Origin: Macrostomum lignano | Taxonomy: Eukaryota | Reading direction: 5' to 3' | NCBI GenBank assembly: GCA_002269645.1 | Contig: NIVC01002327.1 | Span: forward strand, 26,852-90,851 | Length of the DNA stretch: 64,000 nt | Shown: positions 12,641 through 25,266 of the stretch, one piece after another | Numbering within the stretch: the first letter of the stretch is position 1 | Layout: each line of letters starts with the position of its first letter | Position numbers and translations under genes: made by a program | Notes under the pieces: generated by a model | What the model was told of the DNA's origin: nothing | Database searches by the model: none | What the model saw: the letters and a program-made list of their open reading frames with translations, nothing else

Positions 12641-13492
12641 CATGACGGAGCACTCTTGAGTCCCGCACTATTGAGGGAGACTCAGAATGACTGAGCACTA
12701 AAGGGATGATAGATAACTGTGTGCTCGAGAGGACTCAAAATGACTGAGCACTCAAGGGGACTCAAAATGACTGAGCACTCTAGGGGACTCAAAATGACTG
12801 AGCACTAGAGGGACTCTAAAAAACTGTGTGTTCGAGAGGACTCTAAATAACTGTGTGCTCAAGGGGACTCAGAATGACTGAGCACTCTAGGGGACTCAAA
12901 ATGACTGAGCACTAGAGGGACTCTAAATAACTGTGTGTTCGAGAGGACTCTAAATAACTGTGTGCTCAAGGGGACTCAGAATGACTGAGCACTAGAGGGA
13001 CTCAAAATGACTCAGCACTCTAGGGACTCAGAATGACTGAGCACTCTAGGGACTCAAAATGACTGAGCACTCGAGGGACTCAAAATGACTGAGCACTCGA
13101 GGGACTCAAAATGACTGAGCACTCGAGGAACTCAAAACGACTGAGCGCTCGAGGGACTCAAAATGACTCAGCACTCTAGGGACTCAAAATGACTGAGCAC
13201 TCGGGGGACTCAAAATGACTGAGCACTCGGGGGACTCAAAATGACTGAGCACTCGAGGGACTCAAAATGACTCAGCACTCTAGGGACTCAAAATGACTCA
13301 GCACTCTAGGGACTCAAAATGACTCAGCACTCTAGGGACTCAAAATGACTGAGCACTCGGGGGACTCAAATGACTGAGCACTCGAGGGACTCAAAATGAC
13401 TCAGCACTCGAGGGACTCAAAATGACATGACTGAGCACTCGAGGGACTCAAATGACTCAGCACTCGAGGGACCCAAAATGACGGAGCACTCG
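12641..13492. repeat. 26-bp intergenic minisatellite (GAGGGACTCAAAATGACTGAGCACTC)n
   Basis: About 30 variable units. Confidence 0.92.
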
Positions 13493-13924
13493 AAAAACTT
13501 GCCGTCACTTCAAGGATTCTGAATGACAAGTTTTTAGTTACGCTCGTACATGGCGACTTAATGAATAAATTGATTAGTGTCTAAGCAGTATATTTGTGTA
13601 TTATTTCTCGCATTTTTAGTGTCTTGTTAAGTTGTTATTATTGACTAAATTTCATAAAATCATATCAGAAAGACTTCCATTAAATGTAGTAAAAAACTTT
13701 CATCGATTTCGCTGCTTTAATTATTGTATTGATTTCCATTGCACTACAGAATATTTCAATAAGCGATTATATGAATAGGTAATTCCTCTCTGTGATTTCT
13801 ACAGTGTAACTGTTTGCCATTTGCAATAAAGTTAGCCAAATATGAGATTTTACAGATGTTTTAAGTGCGAGTACGTTAACTCCATTTAAAATAATATTTA
13901 TGTGCTTATTACTGGGATTTTGTA

Positions 13925-14007
13925 TGTCTGATGTCTGTCTGTCTGTCTGTCTTAGTGTCTGTCTTAGTGTCTGTCTGTCTGTCTGTCTTAGTGTCTGTCT
14001 GTCTTAG

Positions 14008-14040
<33 letters not shown>

Positions 14041-14111
14041 TAGTGTCTGTCTGTCTGTCTGTCTGTCTTACTGTTTGTCTGTCTGTCTGTCTGTCTGTAT
14101 GTCTGTCTGTA

Positions 14112-14168
<57 letters not shown>

Positions 14169-14170
14169 TA

Positions 14171-14244
<74 letters not shown>

Positions 14245-14247
14245 TAG

Positions 14248-14296
<49 letters not shown>

Positions 14297-14371
14297 TACT
14301 GTTTGTCTGTCTTAGTGTCTGTCTGTCTTACTGTCTGTCTTAGTGTCTGTCTGTCTGTCTGTCTATCTTAG

Positions 14372-14410
<39 letters not shown>

Positions 14411-14469
14411 GTCTGTCTGTCTGTCTGTCTGTCTGTCTTAGTGTCTGTCTGTCTGTCTGTCTGTCTTAG

Positions 14470-14526
<57 letters not shown>

Positions 14527-14554
14527 TAGTGTCTGTCTGTCTGTCTGTCTGTCT
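13925..14554. repeat. (GTCT)n microsatellite with TTAGT/TTACT interruptions
   Basis: Directly visible; ends about 70 nt upstream of the TM6SF ATG. Confidence 0.97.
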
Positions 14555-14627
14555 AATATAGGCAGTATGCATTCACAGGCGCTTTCCCATACTAATATTG
14601 CATGCAAGAAGCCAGCAAGCCGCCAGC

Positions 14628-16882
14628 ATGCACGTGCCCCTCCTGGTGTTAATGTGCTCAGTGAGCGCGGTGCCGATCAGTTTCATATGCAATCACTTCC
14701 GCTCGGAGCTGACCGAGCCCGTCATCTTAGCGATCGGAGTAGCCGTGCTGTCCGCCATCTGCTTCATAATCTGGCTGGGCATGGACAAAGGCAAGCCTAT
14801 TGAGCCTCTGTATTTCCCGTTCGCGCTTGGCTGCTTCGGCTGCGCCATCGACATGGTGATCTCCATGGACATGGACGGCTTTGTTGACGGATTTGCCGAT
14901 TTCTATCTGGAGAAGGGCGAGTCGTATTTGAAAACTTCGCACGGATTGTACATCAACTACTGGGACGGTGTGGTGCACTACGCCCAGTACCTGTACATGG
15001 TTACCGCTATCTACTGGAATGGCGAGTACAGGCACACCAGTCTGTACTGGTTCGGCTCTATGATGAATAGTATTATTGTGTTGCTATGCGGCGCAGCCTG
15101 CGGGCCTCATCAGCTTAGGCCGGCTTTGCTGCTTAATGTACCGTTTGCACTCTACCCGCTGTACGTGCTGCACAGGGCTCTGCGAACCGCCGACTGGTCG
15201 GACACTGGGCTGCGGCCCGCCTGTCTGGCTGGCCTGCGTGCCAGGTAGGTGAAATTAGCAAATTAACCCTTTTTGCTTCCTATCATAGCAGAGGCGGAAC
15301 ATGAAATGAGCTGCTTTCTTATCATAACTAAGATTGGTCACACGCATATAATTGGTTTAACAGTTTCTCTACTACTTTTAGTTTAAGTAGCAAAGAAGAA
15401 TGTATAAGCTATTTTATGAAGAAGACGCTAAAAACAGTTGAAATCTACATCAGCCAGCGCTACTAAACACAGGCATGACAACTGTAGGCATTATTCTAAT
15501 TATTCTTTCCATAGAATTCCTTCATCTATGTCCATTGATATTGTGCCATAGACGTTATTCAGTCTGGGTGCCGGTCTGGGGCGTGGCTGAGGGCGAAGAC
15601 TCAACTTGAAACAATAGACTATTCTATTCTAGAATAAAAACGAACTGAAGCAAAAGTTATAACAAACTATTGTACAAATGTCCTTCTTGCCATGGATGGC
15701 CAATATCTGTGCCTCTTAATAGCCATAGACCATTGTGGCCCAAACTCCATTAACTTCCCGGAAATTTCTTTAAAGAAAACAAAAAATAGTCTATGGTAAT
15801 AATGGGTGGGGACTCCGCCTTCAAACCCCATCGCTCACTCTGGTGTAGCTTTTGAAGAATGTCTATGGTACAATATGATTATATATCTATGGCCTAGTGC
15901 AACAGTATCATAAAAATGTCTATGGTATTGCACTGTTCGTGGTTGTACGCACTCCGTTGTAATCACTGTCCTTGCCATCCTTGATACCAATAAAGGCGCG
16001 AGCCTCGTATGTTGCTCCAATTCTCAAAATATTCAGATGAGTCAGATGAGTGACATCTGATAAAAGTAGCGGGCTCTTATACGATAAACAGACGTATGCC
16101 ACACACAATCCCTCTTCGTGGTTGTAGGTATTCATCGTACATTCAGGACCACAAAAGATGTACATCACCTGACTGACTGGCGCCCCTCTTATCAAGCCTC
16201 ATATTTTAGACCCTAGCCTCGAGAATATTCTATATTCACTCGAACTGCACTCCCTCTAGGGGATGAGCTAAATCAGGGGAGGTGCATCCTATAAACAATC
16301 AAAAGTTTAAAAGTTCATAATGTCTCAATATTCAATGCCAATCATGCCAGACGCTTCCCCGGTTTAGCCGACGCCTGTCTCGCCTTGGCCTGCATAGCAA
16401 CCGCTTGTATCTGCCTGCTTCGAGCTGTAGTTGCCGTCGGCTGCAATCACCCGGTGTGCCGCTACCTGGCCGTTGATGTTGATCCCTACAGCGGTGACGC
16501 GGAAAGATTTCCACTATTCCAGCTGCTCACTTACGCCTATTTTCTAGCACCGTTCCTGCTAGCCGTTGCTAGGGCTCTGCTGGCCCCGGCAACCGGGCTA
16601 AATATACGAGCCCTGTTAGACTGGTCGCTAGTTGCCGCAGGCGCCGTTGCTCAGGGCCAGTTCTCCTACACTTTAGCGCCATTTCACCTGCGCACTCCGT
16701 TTGCTAGGCGGGTCCCGTCGCAGGCCGGGCCCAGAGCCATATTTCTGGCTATTAACCTGTGCGTAGCTCTGGTGCCTCATCTGGTGCTGCTGCGATTGCG
16801 CCGGCTTAGTAAAGACCTGTCAGTCTCCGATGAGGCTGCTACTACTCTTCGTACTAGCGATAGTCGAAAGAAGGATAATTAA
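14628..16882 (+). CDS. TM6SF1-like: TM6SF1/2-like EXPERA-domain membrane protein, 382 aa, 2 exons
   Basis: Exons 14628-15244 and 16351-16882, phase 2 junction AG|[23 protein letters not shown] and LYWFGS match the recalled TM6SF1 GEPYL...YWDG..HY...LYWVGS; multiple hydrophobic helices. Confidence 0.87.
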
Positions 16883-16967
16883 CATCGAGTTTAATAAATT
16901 TATCCTGATTTTTAGCTATTTTTTATATGCGGCTTAAGTTTTGGATTAGACTTTTGTTGTACTGTGC

Positions 16968-17240
16968 TGTCTGTCTACTGTCAAGCCTGTGTCTTCCTTG
17001 TCTGTCTACTGTCAAGCCTGTGTCTTTGTCTGTCTACTGTCAAGCCTGTGTCTTTGTCTGTCTACTGTCAAGCCTGTGTCTTTGTCTGTCTACTGTCAAG
17101 CCTGTGTCTTCACTGTCTGTCTACTGTCAAGCCTGTGTCTTCACTGTCTGTCTACTGTCAAGCCTGTGTCTTCATTGTCTGTCTACTGTCAAGCCTGTTT
17201 CTTTGTCTGTCTACTGTCAAGCCTGTGTCTTTGTCTGTCT
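16968..17240. repeat. 29/32-bp minisatellite (TGTCTGTCTACTGTCAAGCCTGTGTCTT[T/CAC])n
   Basis: About 9 units just after the TM6SF stop. Confidence 0.93.
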
Positions 17241-17879
17241 TGTTTAATCATGACGTCTGATTTGTCTGTCCAAGTAATGTCATGTATTTTTAAGACGCAA
17301 CTTATTCTGATTAAAGAAGTCGAAATTGGAAGCTTACATGTAATCTTGTAAATGATTTTTATATATTTTTAATTACAAAGCCATATTATGCCTCTAGTTG
17401 TGACGAAATTAATAGGGATATTATCCATCAAATTAATAGCCATTAAATGAGTTGTTAATACTCTCTTCCCCGGTTTGCGGAACATGCTTTATCATAATTA
17501 TTTATCTTTAAATAAAAAAGTTGTTATATTAAATAGTTTTTTCTTAATTTTAAATTCTTCGATTATATTCATTAAGTAACTGCTCAATCAGACTGTTTAA
17601 GCTTTATTTAACCATTTTTTTAGTTTGTCGTTGCAGTTCTCGTCGATTTGTCTTAACTTTTATCTTATCAATCAGTCATACGATTACGAAGTAGTATCAG
17701 AATAACTGTGTGCTAATACACCATCCCCTATTGTTTCTAACTTTTTTTTATTGATTTAAAGTTAAATAGATAGGATATCTTTTTTGTTAGGAAATATTGT
17801 TAATTAAACATTTTCGAACAGTCTGATTTGTTTTTAGTTCTTTTTTTCAGTTTCTTCCTCAAAGGCGTAGATGTTGATG

Positions 17880-17980
17880 TAGCCGATATGTATCGAAAAT
17901 GGTCTTTCAGGATAGCCGATATGTATCGAAAATAGTCTTTCAAGGATAGCCGCATCTATACAGCCGATATGTATCGAAAT
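17880..17980. repeat. Short direct repeats of AGCCGATATGTATCGAAA (3 copies) upstream of the ceramide synthase
   Basis: Copies near 17881, 17914 and 17962. Confidence 0.8.
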
Positions 17981-18004
17981 GTTAAAAACCCGTTGCAGAC
18001 AGCC

Positions 18005-19132
18005 ATGCTAGCTGATCTACTCTGGTCGGAGCGGTTCTGGTTCCCCGACAACGTTACTTGGAACGATTTGTCTGCCGACACCGATTTCGAATCTCCAAGC
18101 AACGGTCCTAGGTTCGCGCCCCGTCCGCGTCACCTATGCGCCGCCGTCGCTTTTGGAGCTGTTATTCATCTGGCGCGTCGTTTTATCGAACACTCGGCGC
18201 TGGAGCCGCTCGGCCGCCGGCTCGGTGTGGCCGGCAGCTCGGCCAGCGCAACGCCTGCGCCGCCGGCCAACGCCACTCTGGAGGCTCTTTATCGCTCAGC
18301 CAAACGGCGTCCGGACAGTTCGGCCATGCTGGCCGCAGCCAGCCAGCTCGACTGGCCGGTTCGCCGCGTCGAACGCTGGTTTCGTCAGCGTCGCAACTCC
18401 GAGAAATCGTCTACGCTGCGTAAATTCGTTGAGAGCGCCTGGTTTATTGTCTATTATTGCGTTGCGCTGACCTGTGGCGCTGCTGTGCTGCTGCAGCAGC
18501 CATATTTTTGGAATACCCGCCTCTGCTGGCTTGGCTGGCCCTATCTGCACGTGACCTGGCCAGTTCGCTGCTATTACATTGGCCAGTTAGGCTTCTATTT
18601 AGCCTCGCTTTATAGCATATTTCACGACGTTAAGCGCAAGGATTTCTTCGAGATGCTGGTGCATCATCTGGTTACTGTGTGGCTGGTGGCATTCAGCTGG
18701 TGCGTCAATTTCGTCCGCATCGGCGCTCTGGTGCTGCTGCTGCACGACATGGTTGACCCGCCGCTTCACCTGGCCAAGTGCCTTGGCTACGCTAATAAGA
18801 GACCAGCCTGCGACTGCGTGTTCTTTGTCTTCTATATTGGCTGGTTTGTCACTAGGCTGCTACTCTTCCCTATCTGGCTGATTCGCAGCGCTTCGATGGA
18901 GAGCTGGGCCGAGCTGGGCCCGTTCGGCGCCTACTGGGCCTTCAACGGGTGCCTGTGCGTGCTGCTCGTGCTGCACGTTGTCTGGTTCTATTTTATCTCG
19001 CGCATCGCCTGGCAGGCTGTCACTCACGGCCAGCTGCAGCGGGACACTCGCAGCGAGTCCGAGATGTCCGCCGATGAGGCCTGCGGCGCTCAGGGCGATC
19101 ATTCCGGCAAGAATGAAAAGAAGGATCGTTGA
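18005..19132 (+). CDS. CERS: Ceramide synthase (LAG1/TLC domain with Hox-like domain, CERS5/6-type), 375 aa, intronless
   Basis: N-terminal WSERFWFP.NVTW.DL; Hox-like WPVRRVERWFRQRRN; Lag1p motif RKDFFEMLVHHLVT...GALVLLLHDMVD; acidic RSESE tail. ATG at 18005 is chosen over 17969 by family alignment. Confidence 0.93.
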   Translation: MLADLLWSERFWFPDNVTWNDLSADTDFESPSNGPRFAPRPRHLCAAVAFGAVIHLARRFIEHSALEPLGRRLGVAGSSASATPAPPANATLEALYRSAKRRPDSSAMLAAASQLDWPVRRVERWFRQRRNSEKSSTLRKFVESAWFIVYYCVALTCGAAVLLQQPYFWNTRLCWLGWPYLHVTWPVRCYYIGQLGFYLASLYSIFHDVKRKDFFEMLVHHLVTVWLVAFSWCVNFVRIGALVLLLHDMVDPPLHLAKCLGYANKRPACDCVFFVFYIGWFVTRLLLFPIWLIRSASMESWAELGPFGAYWAFNGCLCVLLVLHVVWFYFISRIAWQAVTHGQLQRDTRSESEMSADEACGAQGDHSGKNEKKDR

Positions 19133-19187
19133 ATGCTTGGCTAGGATGTTAGTTTGTCAGTGACTGTATGCGAAATACTCTATCTTG

Positions 19188-20215
19188 TTTGCAAATAGAT
19201 AGGCTTTGCTTTTGGAAATAGATAGGCTTTGCTTTTGCAAATAGATAGGCTTTGCTTTTGGAAATAGATAGGCTTTGCTTTTGGAAATAGATAGGCTTTG
19301 CTTTTGCAAATAGATAGGCTTTGCTTTTGCAAATAGATAGGCTTTGCTTTTGCAAATAGATAGGCTTTGCTTTTGGAAATAGATAGGCTTTGCTTTTGGA
19401 AATAGATAGGCTTTGCTTTTGCAAATAGATAGGCTTTGCTTTTGCAAATAGATAGGCTTTGCTTTTGCAAATAGATAGGCTTTGCTTTTGGAAATAGATA
19501 GGCTTTGCTTTTGGAAATAGATAGGCTTTGCTTTTGGAAATAGATAGGCTTTGCTTTCGGAAATAGATAGGCTTTGCTTTTGCAAATAGATAGGCTTTGC
19601 TTTTGCAAATAGATAGGCTTTGCTTTTGCAAATAGATAGGCTTTGCTTTTGGAAATAGATAGGCTTTGCTTTTGGAAATAGATAGGCTTTGCTTTCGGAA
19701 ATAGATAGGCTTTGCTTTTGCAAATAGATAGGCTTTGCTTTTGCAAATAGATAGGCTGGAATTAGTCTGGAATAGTCTGGAATTAGATTGGATTTAGTCT
19801 GGAATTAGATTGGCTTTAGTCTGGAATTAGATTGGCTTTAGTCTGGAATTAGATTGGCTTTAGTCTGGAATTAGATTGGCTTTAGTCTGGAATTAGATTG
19901 GCTTTAGTCTGGAATTAGATTGGCTTTAGTCTGGAATTAGATTGGCTTTAGTCTGGAATTAGATTGGCTTTAGTCTGGAATTAGATTGGCTTTAGTCTGG
20001 AATTAGATTGGCTTTAGTCTGGAATTAGATTGGCTTTAGTCTGGAATTAGATTGGCTTTAGTCTGGAATTAGATTGGCTTTAGTCTGGAATTAGATTGGC
20101 TTTAGTCTGGAATTAGATTGGCTTTAGTCTGGAATTAGATTGGCTTTAGTCTGGAATTAGATTGGCTTTAGTCTGGAATTCGATTGGATTTAGTCTGGAA
20201 TTAGATTGGATTTAG
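19188..20215. repeat. Compound array: 23-bp (AAATAGATAGGCTTTGCTTTTG[C/G])n, then 22-bp (GATTGGCTTTAGTCTGGAATTA)n
   Basis: Abrupt switch near 19757; about 25 and 20 units. Confidence 0.95.
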
Positions 20216-20829
20216 CCTCAAATTTTTCTTCTGACTCAGTAATTGATAACTTAACGCTTTGACTTCTGCTCACTGATTGATGAAGCTCTGATCTTGATGT
20301 TTTTTACCAGCTGACTGACAACCGCGAATTCAGATACACGCCCACCCTTTTCTTATTTCTTTTTTGAATCAAGTTTTTTAGACTTTTTGTTGTACTTTTT
20401 ACCGTAGTTTTTTTATCCGAAATATTTTTTCTTCTGAGTTAAAATTCTCTATCATTCTCTTTTATGTCTGCATTTTGTCGGACAGTTTTGTGACTCATTC
20501 CTTAGTTTTACGTGGTTTTAAATTGTGCTAGCTTTTTTTAACTCTTTTGTACTGTCGTACGAGTAAGTTATGCATTGATTTTGTCTGTTTGTGTCCAGGT
20601 CGCGAAGTACTCGTAACTGTGCCTTTATTTCCAAAGCTTAGACGCCACTACCCTCACAACTTCAACTCCAATAAATAAATCAATAAATTCCGTCTCTTCC
20701 CGTGCTCACTTTCCTACCTATTCAATTCTTGTTGTGACTTATTCATTTGGCTGTTTGAGTGTGACCTCAGCTGCTTTTATGCTTATGCTCAGTTAGTGTT
20801 GGATTACACGGATCTCAAATACCTGTCTG

Positions 20830-23800
20830 ACTGGTGTCCTGAATCCCAACTGGTGTCCTGAATCCCAACTGGTGTCCTGAATCTCAACTGGTGTCCTGAA
20901 TCCCAACTGGTGTCCTGAATCCCAACTAGTGTCCTGAATCCCAACTGGTGTCCTGAATCCCAACTGGTGTCCTGAATTCCAACTGGTGTCCTGAATCCCA
21001 ACTGGTGTCCTGAATCCCAACTAGTGTCCTGAATCCCAACTGGTGTCCTAAATCCCAACTGGTGTCCTGAATCCCAACTGGTGTCCTGAATCCCAGCTGG
21101 TGTCCTGAATCCCAACTGGAGTCCTGAATCCCAACTGGTGTCCTGAATCCCAACTGGTTTCCTGAATCCCAACTGGTGTCCTGAATCCCAACTGGTGTCC
21201 TGAATCCCAACTGGTGTCCTGAATCCCAACTGGTGTCCTGAGTCCCAACTGGTGTCCTGAATCCCAACTGGTGTCCTGAATCCCAACTGGTGTCCTGAAT
21301 CCCAACTGGTGTCCTGAATCCCAACTAGTGTCCTAAATCCCAACTGGTGTCCTGAATCCCAACTAGTGTCCTGAATCCCAACTGGTGTCCTGAATCCCAG
21401 CTGGTGTCCTGAATCCCAACTAGTGTCCTGAATCCCAACTGGTGTCCTGAATCCCAACTGGTGTCCTGAATCCCAACTGGTTTCCTGAATCCCAACTGGT
21501 GTCCTAAATCCCAACTGGAGTCCTGAATCCCAACTGGTGTCCTGAATCCCAACTGGTTTCCTGAATCCCAACTGGTGTCCTGAATCCCAGCTGGTGTCCT
21601 GAATCCCAACTAGTGTCCTGAATCCCAACTGGTGTCCTGAATCCCAACTGGTGTCCTGAATTCCAACTGGTGTCCTGAATCCCAACTGGTGTCCTGAATC
21701 CCAACTAGTGTCCTGAATCCCAACTGGTGTCCTAAATCCCAACTGGTGTCCTGAATCCCAACTGGTGTCCTGAATCCCAGCTGGTGTCCTGAATCCCAAC
21801 TGGAGTCCTGAATCCCAACTGGTGTCCTGAATCCCAACTGGTTTCCTGAATCCCAACTGGTGTCCTAAATCCCAACTGGTGTCCTGAATCCCAACTGGTG
21901 TCCTGAATCCCAACTGGTGTCCTGAGTCCTAACTGGTGTTCTGAATCCCAGCTGGTGTCCTGAATCCCAACTGGTGTCCTAAATCCCAACTGGTGTCCTG
22001 AATCCCAACTGGTGTCCTGAATCCCAGCTGGTGTCCTGAATCCCAACTGGAGTCCTGAATCCCAACTGGTGTCCTGAATCCCAACTGGTTTCCTGAATCC
22101 CAACTGGTGTCCTAAATCCCAACTGGTGTCCTGAATCCCAACTGGTGTCCTGAATCCCAACTGGTGTCCTGAGTCCTAACTGGTGTTCTGAATCCCAGCT
22201 GGTGTCCTGAATCCCAGCTGGTGTCCTGAATCCCAACTAGTGTCTTGAGTCCCAACTGGTGTCCTGAATCCCAACTGGTGTCCTGAATCCCAGCTGGTGT
22301 CCTGAATCTCAACTGGTGTCCTGAATCCCAACTGGTGTCCTGAATCCCAGCTGGTGTCCTGAGTCCCAACTGGTGTCCTGAATCCCAACTGGTGTCCTGA
22401 ATCCCAACTGGTGTCCTGAATCCCAACTGGTGTCCTGAATCCCAACTAGTGTCCTAAATCCCAACTGGTGTCCTGAATCCCAACTAGTGTCCTGAATCCC
22501 AACTGGTGTCCTGAATCCCAGCTGGTGTCCTGAATCCCAACTAGTGTCCTGAATCCCAACTGGTGTCCTGAATCCCAACTGGTGTCCTGAATCCCAACTG
22601 GTTTCCTGAATCCCAACTGGTGTCCTAAATCCCAACTGGAGTCCTGAATCCCAACTGGTGTCCTGAATCCCAACTGGTTTCCTGAATCCCAACTGGTGTC
22701 CTGAATCCCAGCTGGTGTCCTGAATCCCAACTAGTGTCCTGAATCCCAACTGGTGTCCTGAATCCCAACTGGTGTCCTGAATTCCAACTGGTGTCCTGAA
22801 TCCCAACTGGTGTCCTGAATCCCAACTAGTGTCCTGAATCCCAACTGGTGTCCTAAATCCCAACTGGTGTCCTGAATCCCAACTGGTGTCCTGAATCCCA
22901 ACTGGAGTCCTGAATCCCAACTGGTGTCCTGAATCCCAACTGGTTTCCTGAATCCCAACTGGTGTCCTAAATCCCAACTGGTGTCCTGAATCCCAACTGG
23001 TGTCCTGAATCCCAACTGGTGTCCTGAGTCCTAACTGGTGTTCTGAATCCCAGCTGGTGTCCTGAATCCCAACTGGTGTCCTAAATCCCAACTGGTGTCC
23101 TGAATCCCAACTGGTGTCCTGAATCCCAGCTGGTGTCCTGAATCCCAACTGGAGTCCTGAATCCCAACTGGTGTCCTGAATCCCAACTGGTTTCCTGAAT
23201 CCCAACTGGTGTCCTAAATCCCAACTGGTGTCCTGAATCCCAACTGGTGTCCTGAATCCCAACTGGTGTCCTGAGTCCTAACTGGTGTCCTGAATCCCAG
23301 CTGGTGTCCTGAATCCCAGCTGGTGTCCTGAATCCCAACTAGTGTCTTGAGTCCCAACTGGTGTCCTGAATCCCAACTGGTGTCCTGAATCCCAACTGGT
23401 GTCCTGAATCCCAACTGGTGTCCTGAATCCCAACTGGTGTCCTGAATCCCAACTGGTGTCCTGAATCCCAACTGGTGTCCTGAATCCCAGCTGGTGTCCT
23501 GAATCCCAACTGGTGTCCTGAATCCCAACTGGATTCCTGAGTCCTAACTGGTGTTCTGAATCCCAGCTGGTGTCCTGAATCCCAGCTGGTGTCCTGAATC
23601 CCAACTAGTGTCTTGAGTCCCAACTGGTGTCCTGAATCCCAACTGGAGTCCTGAATCCCAACTGGTGTCCTGAATCCCAGCTGGTGTCCTGAATCCCAAC
23701 TGGTGTCCTGAATCCCAGCTGGTGTCCTGAATCCCAACTGGTGTCCTGAATCCCAACTGGTGTCCTGAATCCCAGCTGGTGTCCTGAACCCCAACTGGTG

Positions 23801-23835
23801 TCCTGAATCCCAACTGGTGTCCTGAGTCCTAACTG
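20830..23835. repeat. 19-bp satellite (ACTGGTGTCCTGAATCCCA)n, about 3 kb, with higher-order structure
   Basis: About 158 units; identical variant blocks lie 1121 bp apart. Confidence 0.97.
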
Positions 23836-23933
23836 CTAGTCTATTTTTAGTGTTGGTATTTGAATTTCTGGCACATTCGCTATTTACTACTGCTACGAAT
23901 ATTACTGCATGCCCAGCAAGCAGGCAAGCAGCC

Positions 23934-25155
23934 ATGCAGAAAGCCAGCCTCAAAGACCGAAGCAACAACAGCAGCAGCACTGGCAGAGTTTGCCAGGTCG
24001 GCAAAAGCAAAGAAACTTTTAGCACGACTGCCACTGCTAATCGAAGTAGTAAAACCAAGATTCAAGTGAAAAAAGTTGCGGACAACAATAAAGACTTCAT
24101 TGATCGGCTAATTGACCCGAGGATAGGCGCCTGCTCACAGTGCGGCAAAGGCGCCGGCTCGTGTCGTCGGTGCGGCGCCTGCACCAACCGCTGGTACTGC
24201 GGCAGAGAGTGCCAGCGCAAAGACTGGCCAATGCACAAGCAAGAATGCCAGACCCTGGCCCGGCTGCGCGCCCGTTGCCAGTTCTCCGAGCGGATTGGCG
24301 CCGCCTATTGCTCCGAAGATGACGACGTAGTGGCCGACGATCACGGGGAAGAGCTGCTGGATTGCTGCGGCAGCAGCGCCTTCGCGCTACCGAACATGTT
24401 TGTTGGCAGGTATGTGGTTTGGATTGGATTCTTATTTACTGATTTTAGGCGCGGCTGGGATTCCCCAGATTCTGATTGGCTGGCTTCAGACGGCCCTGGA
24501 ATTCACCAGATTCTGATTGGCTGGTTTCAGACGGGCCTGGGATTCACCAAATTCCGATTGGCTGGTTTCAGACAGGTCTGGGATTCCCCAGATTCTGATT
24601 GGCTGGTTTCAGGCGGATATGAGATTTCCCAGATTCTGATTGGCTGGTTTCAGGCGGATATGAGATTTCCCAGATTCTGATTGGATTGTTTCAGACGGGT
24701 CTGAGATTGCCTAGATTCTGATTGGCTGGTTTCAGACGGGTATGGGATTCCCTAGATTCTGATTGGCTGATTTCAGGCGGGCCTAGGATTCCCCAGATTC
24801 TGATTGGCTGGTTTCAGGCGGGCCTGGGATTCCCCAGATTCTGATTGGCTGGACCAACCCTCTCTCCCTCTCCAGACTTTTCATGGGCGCCCTTCCGGGC
24901 AGCGTCTTCCTGCAGACCTGGCCAACTGGCGGCCGAAATAAAACGGTTCCAATCCCAGTGTACCTGATCGACAGCAACAACGAGGTGCTGACAGATGTTA
25001 AAGAGCTACTGGCCGGCTATAAGAAGCTGCTCGGCCGGCCGCTGCCCGACTTAGCCGGGGTAGTGGACGTGGCGATTCGTCGCAACATGCTAATTGACGA
25101 CTTTTTGGCGCTGCCAGTTGATCCGACGGATCCGCCCGTCATCTTTGTAGCTTAG
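23934..25155 (+). CDS. MYND zinc-finger protein, 251 aa, 2 exons, unassigned C-terminal domain
   Basis: Exons 23934-24409 and 24876-25155, phase 2. CSQC-x9-CGAC-x4-YCGRECQRKDWPMHKQEC is a complete MYND consensus. The start codon is uncertain. Confidence 0.75.
24455..24852. repeat. About 39-bp minisatellite (GGGATTCCCCAGATTCTGATTGGCTGGTTTCAGACGGGCCT-like) in the MYND gene intron
   Basis: About 10 diverged units, each with CTGATTGG. Confidence 0.88.
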
Positions 25156-25266
25156 CGCTGCGGCCTGGCCGTGCACTGCATTTCAGCTCCGTTTTTAATC
25201 TATGTGCTTCTTATCCGTTCAGTTTTATTAGTTACAAGCGGCTAGCCTCGGATAGCACTCAGATAG

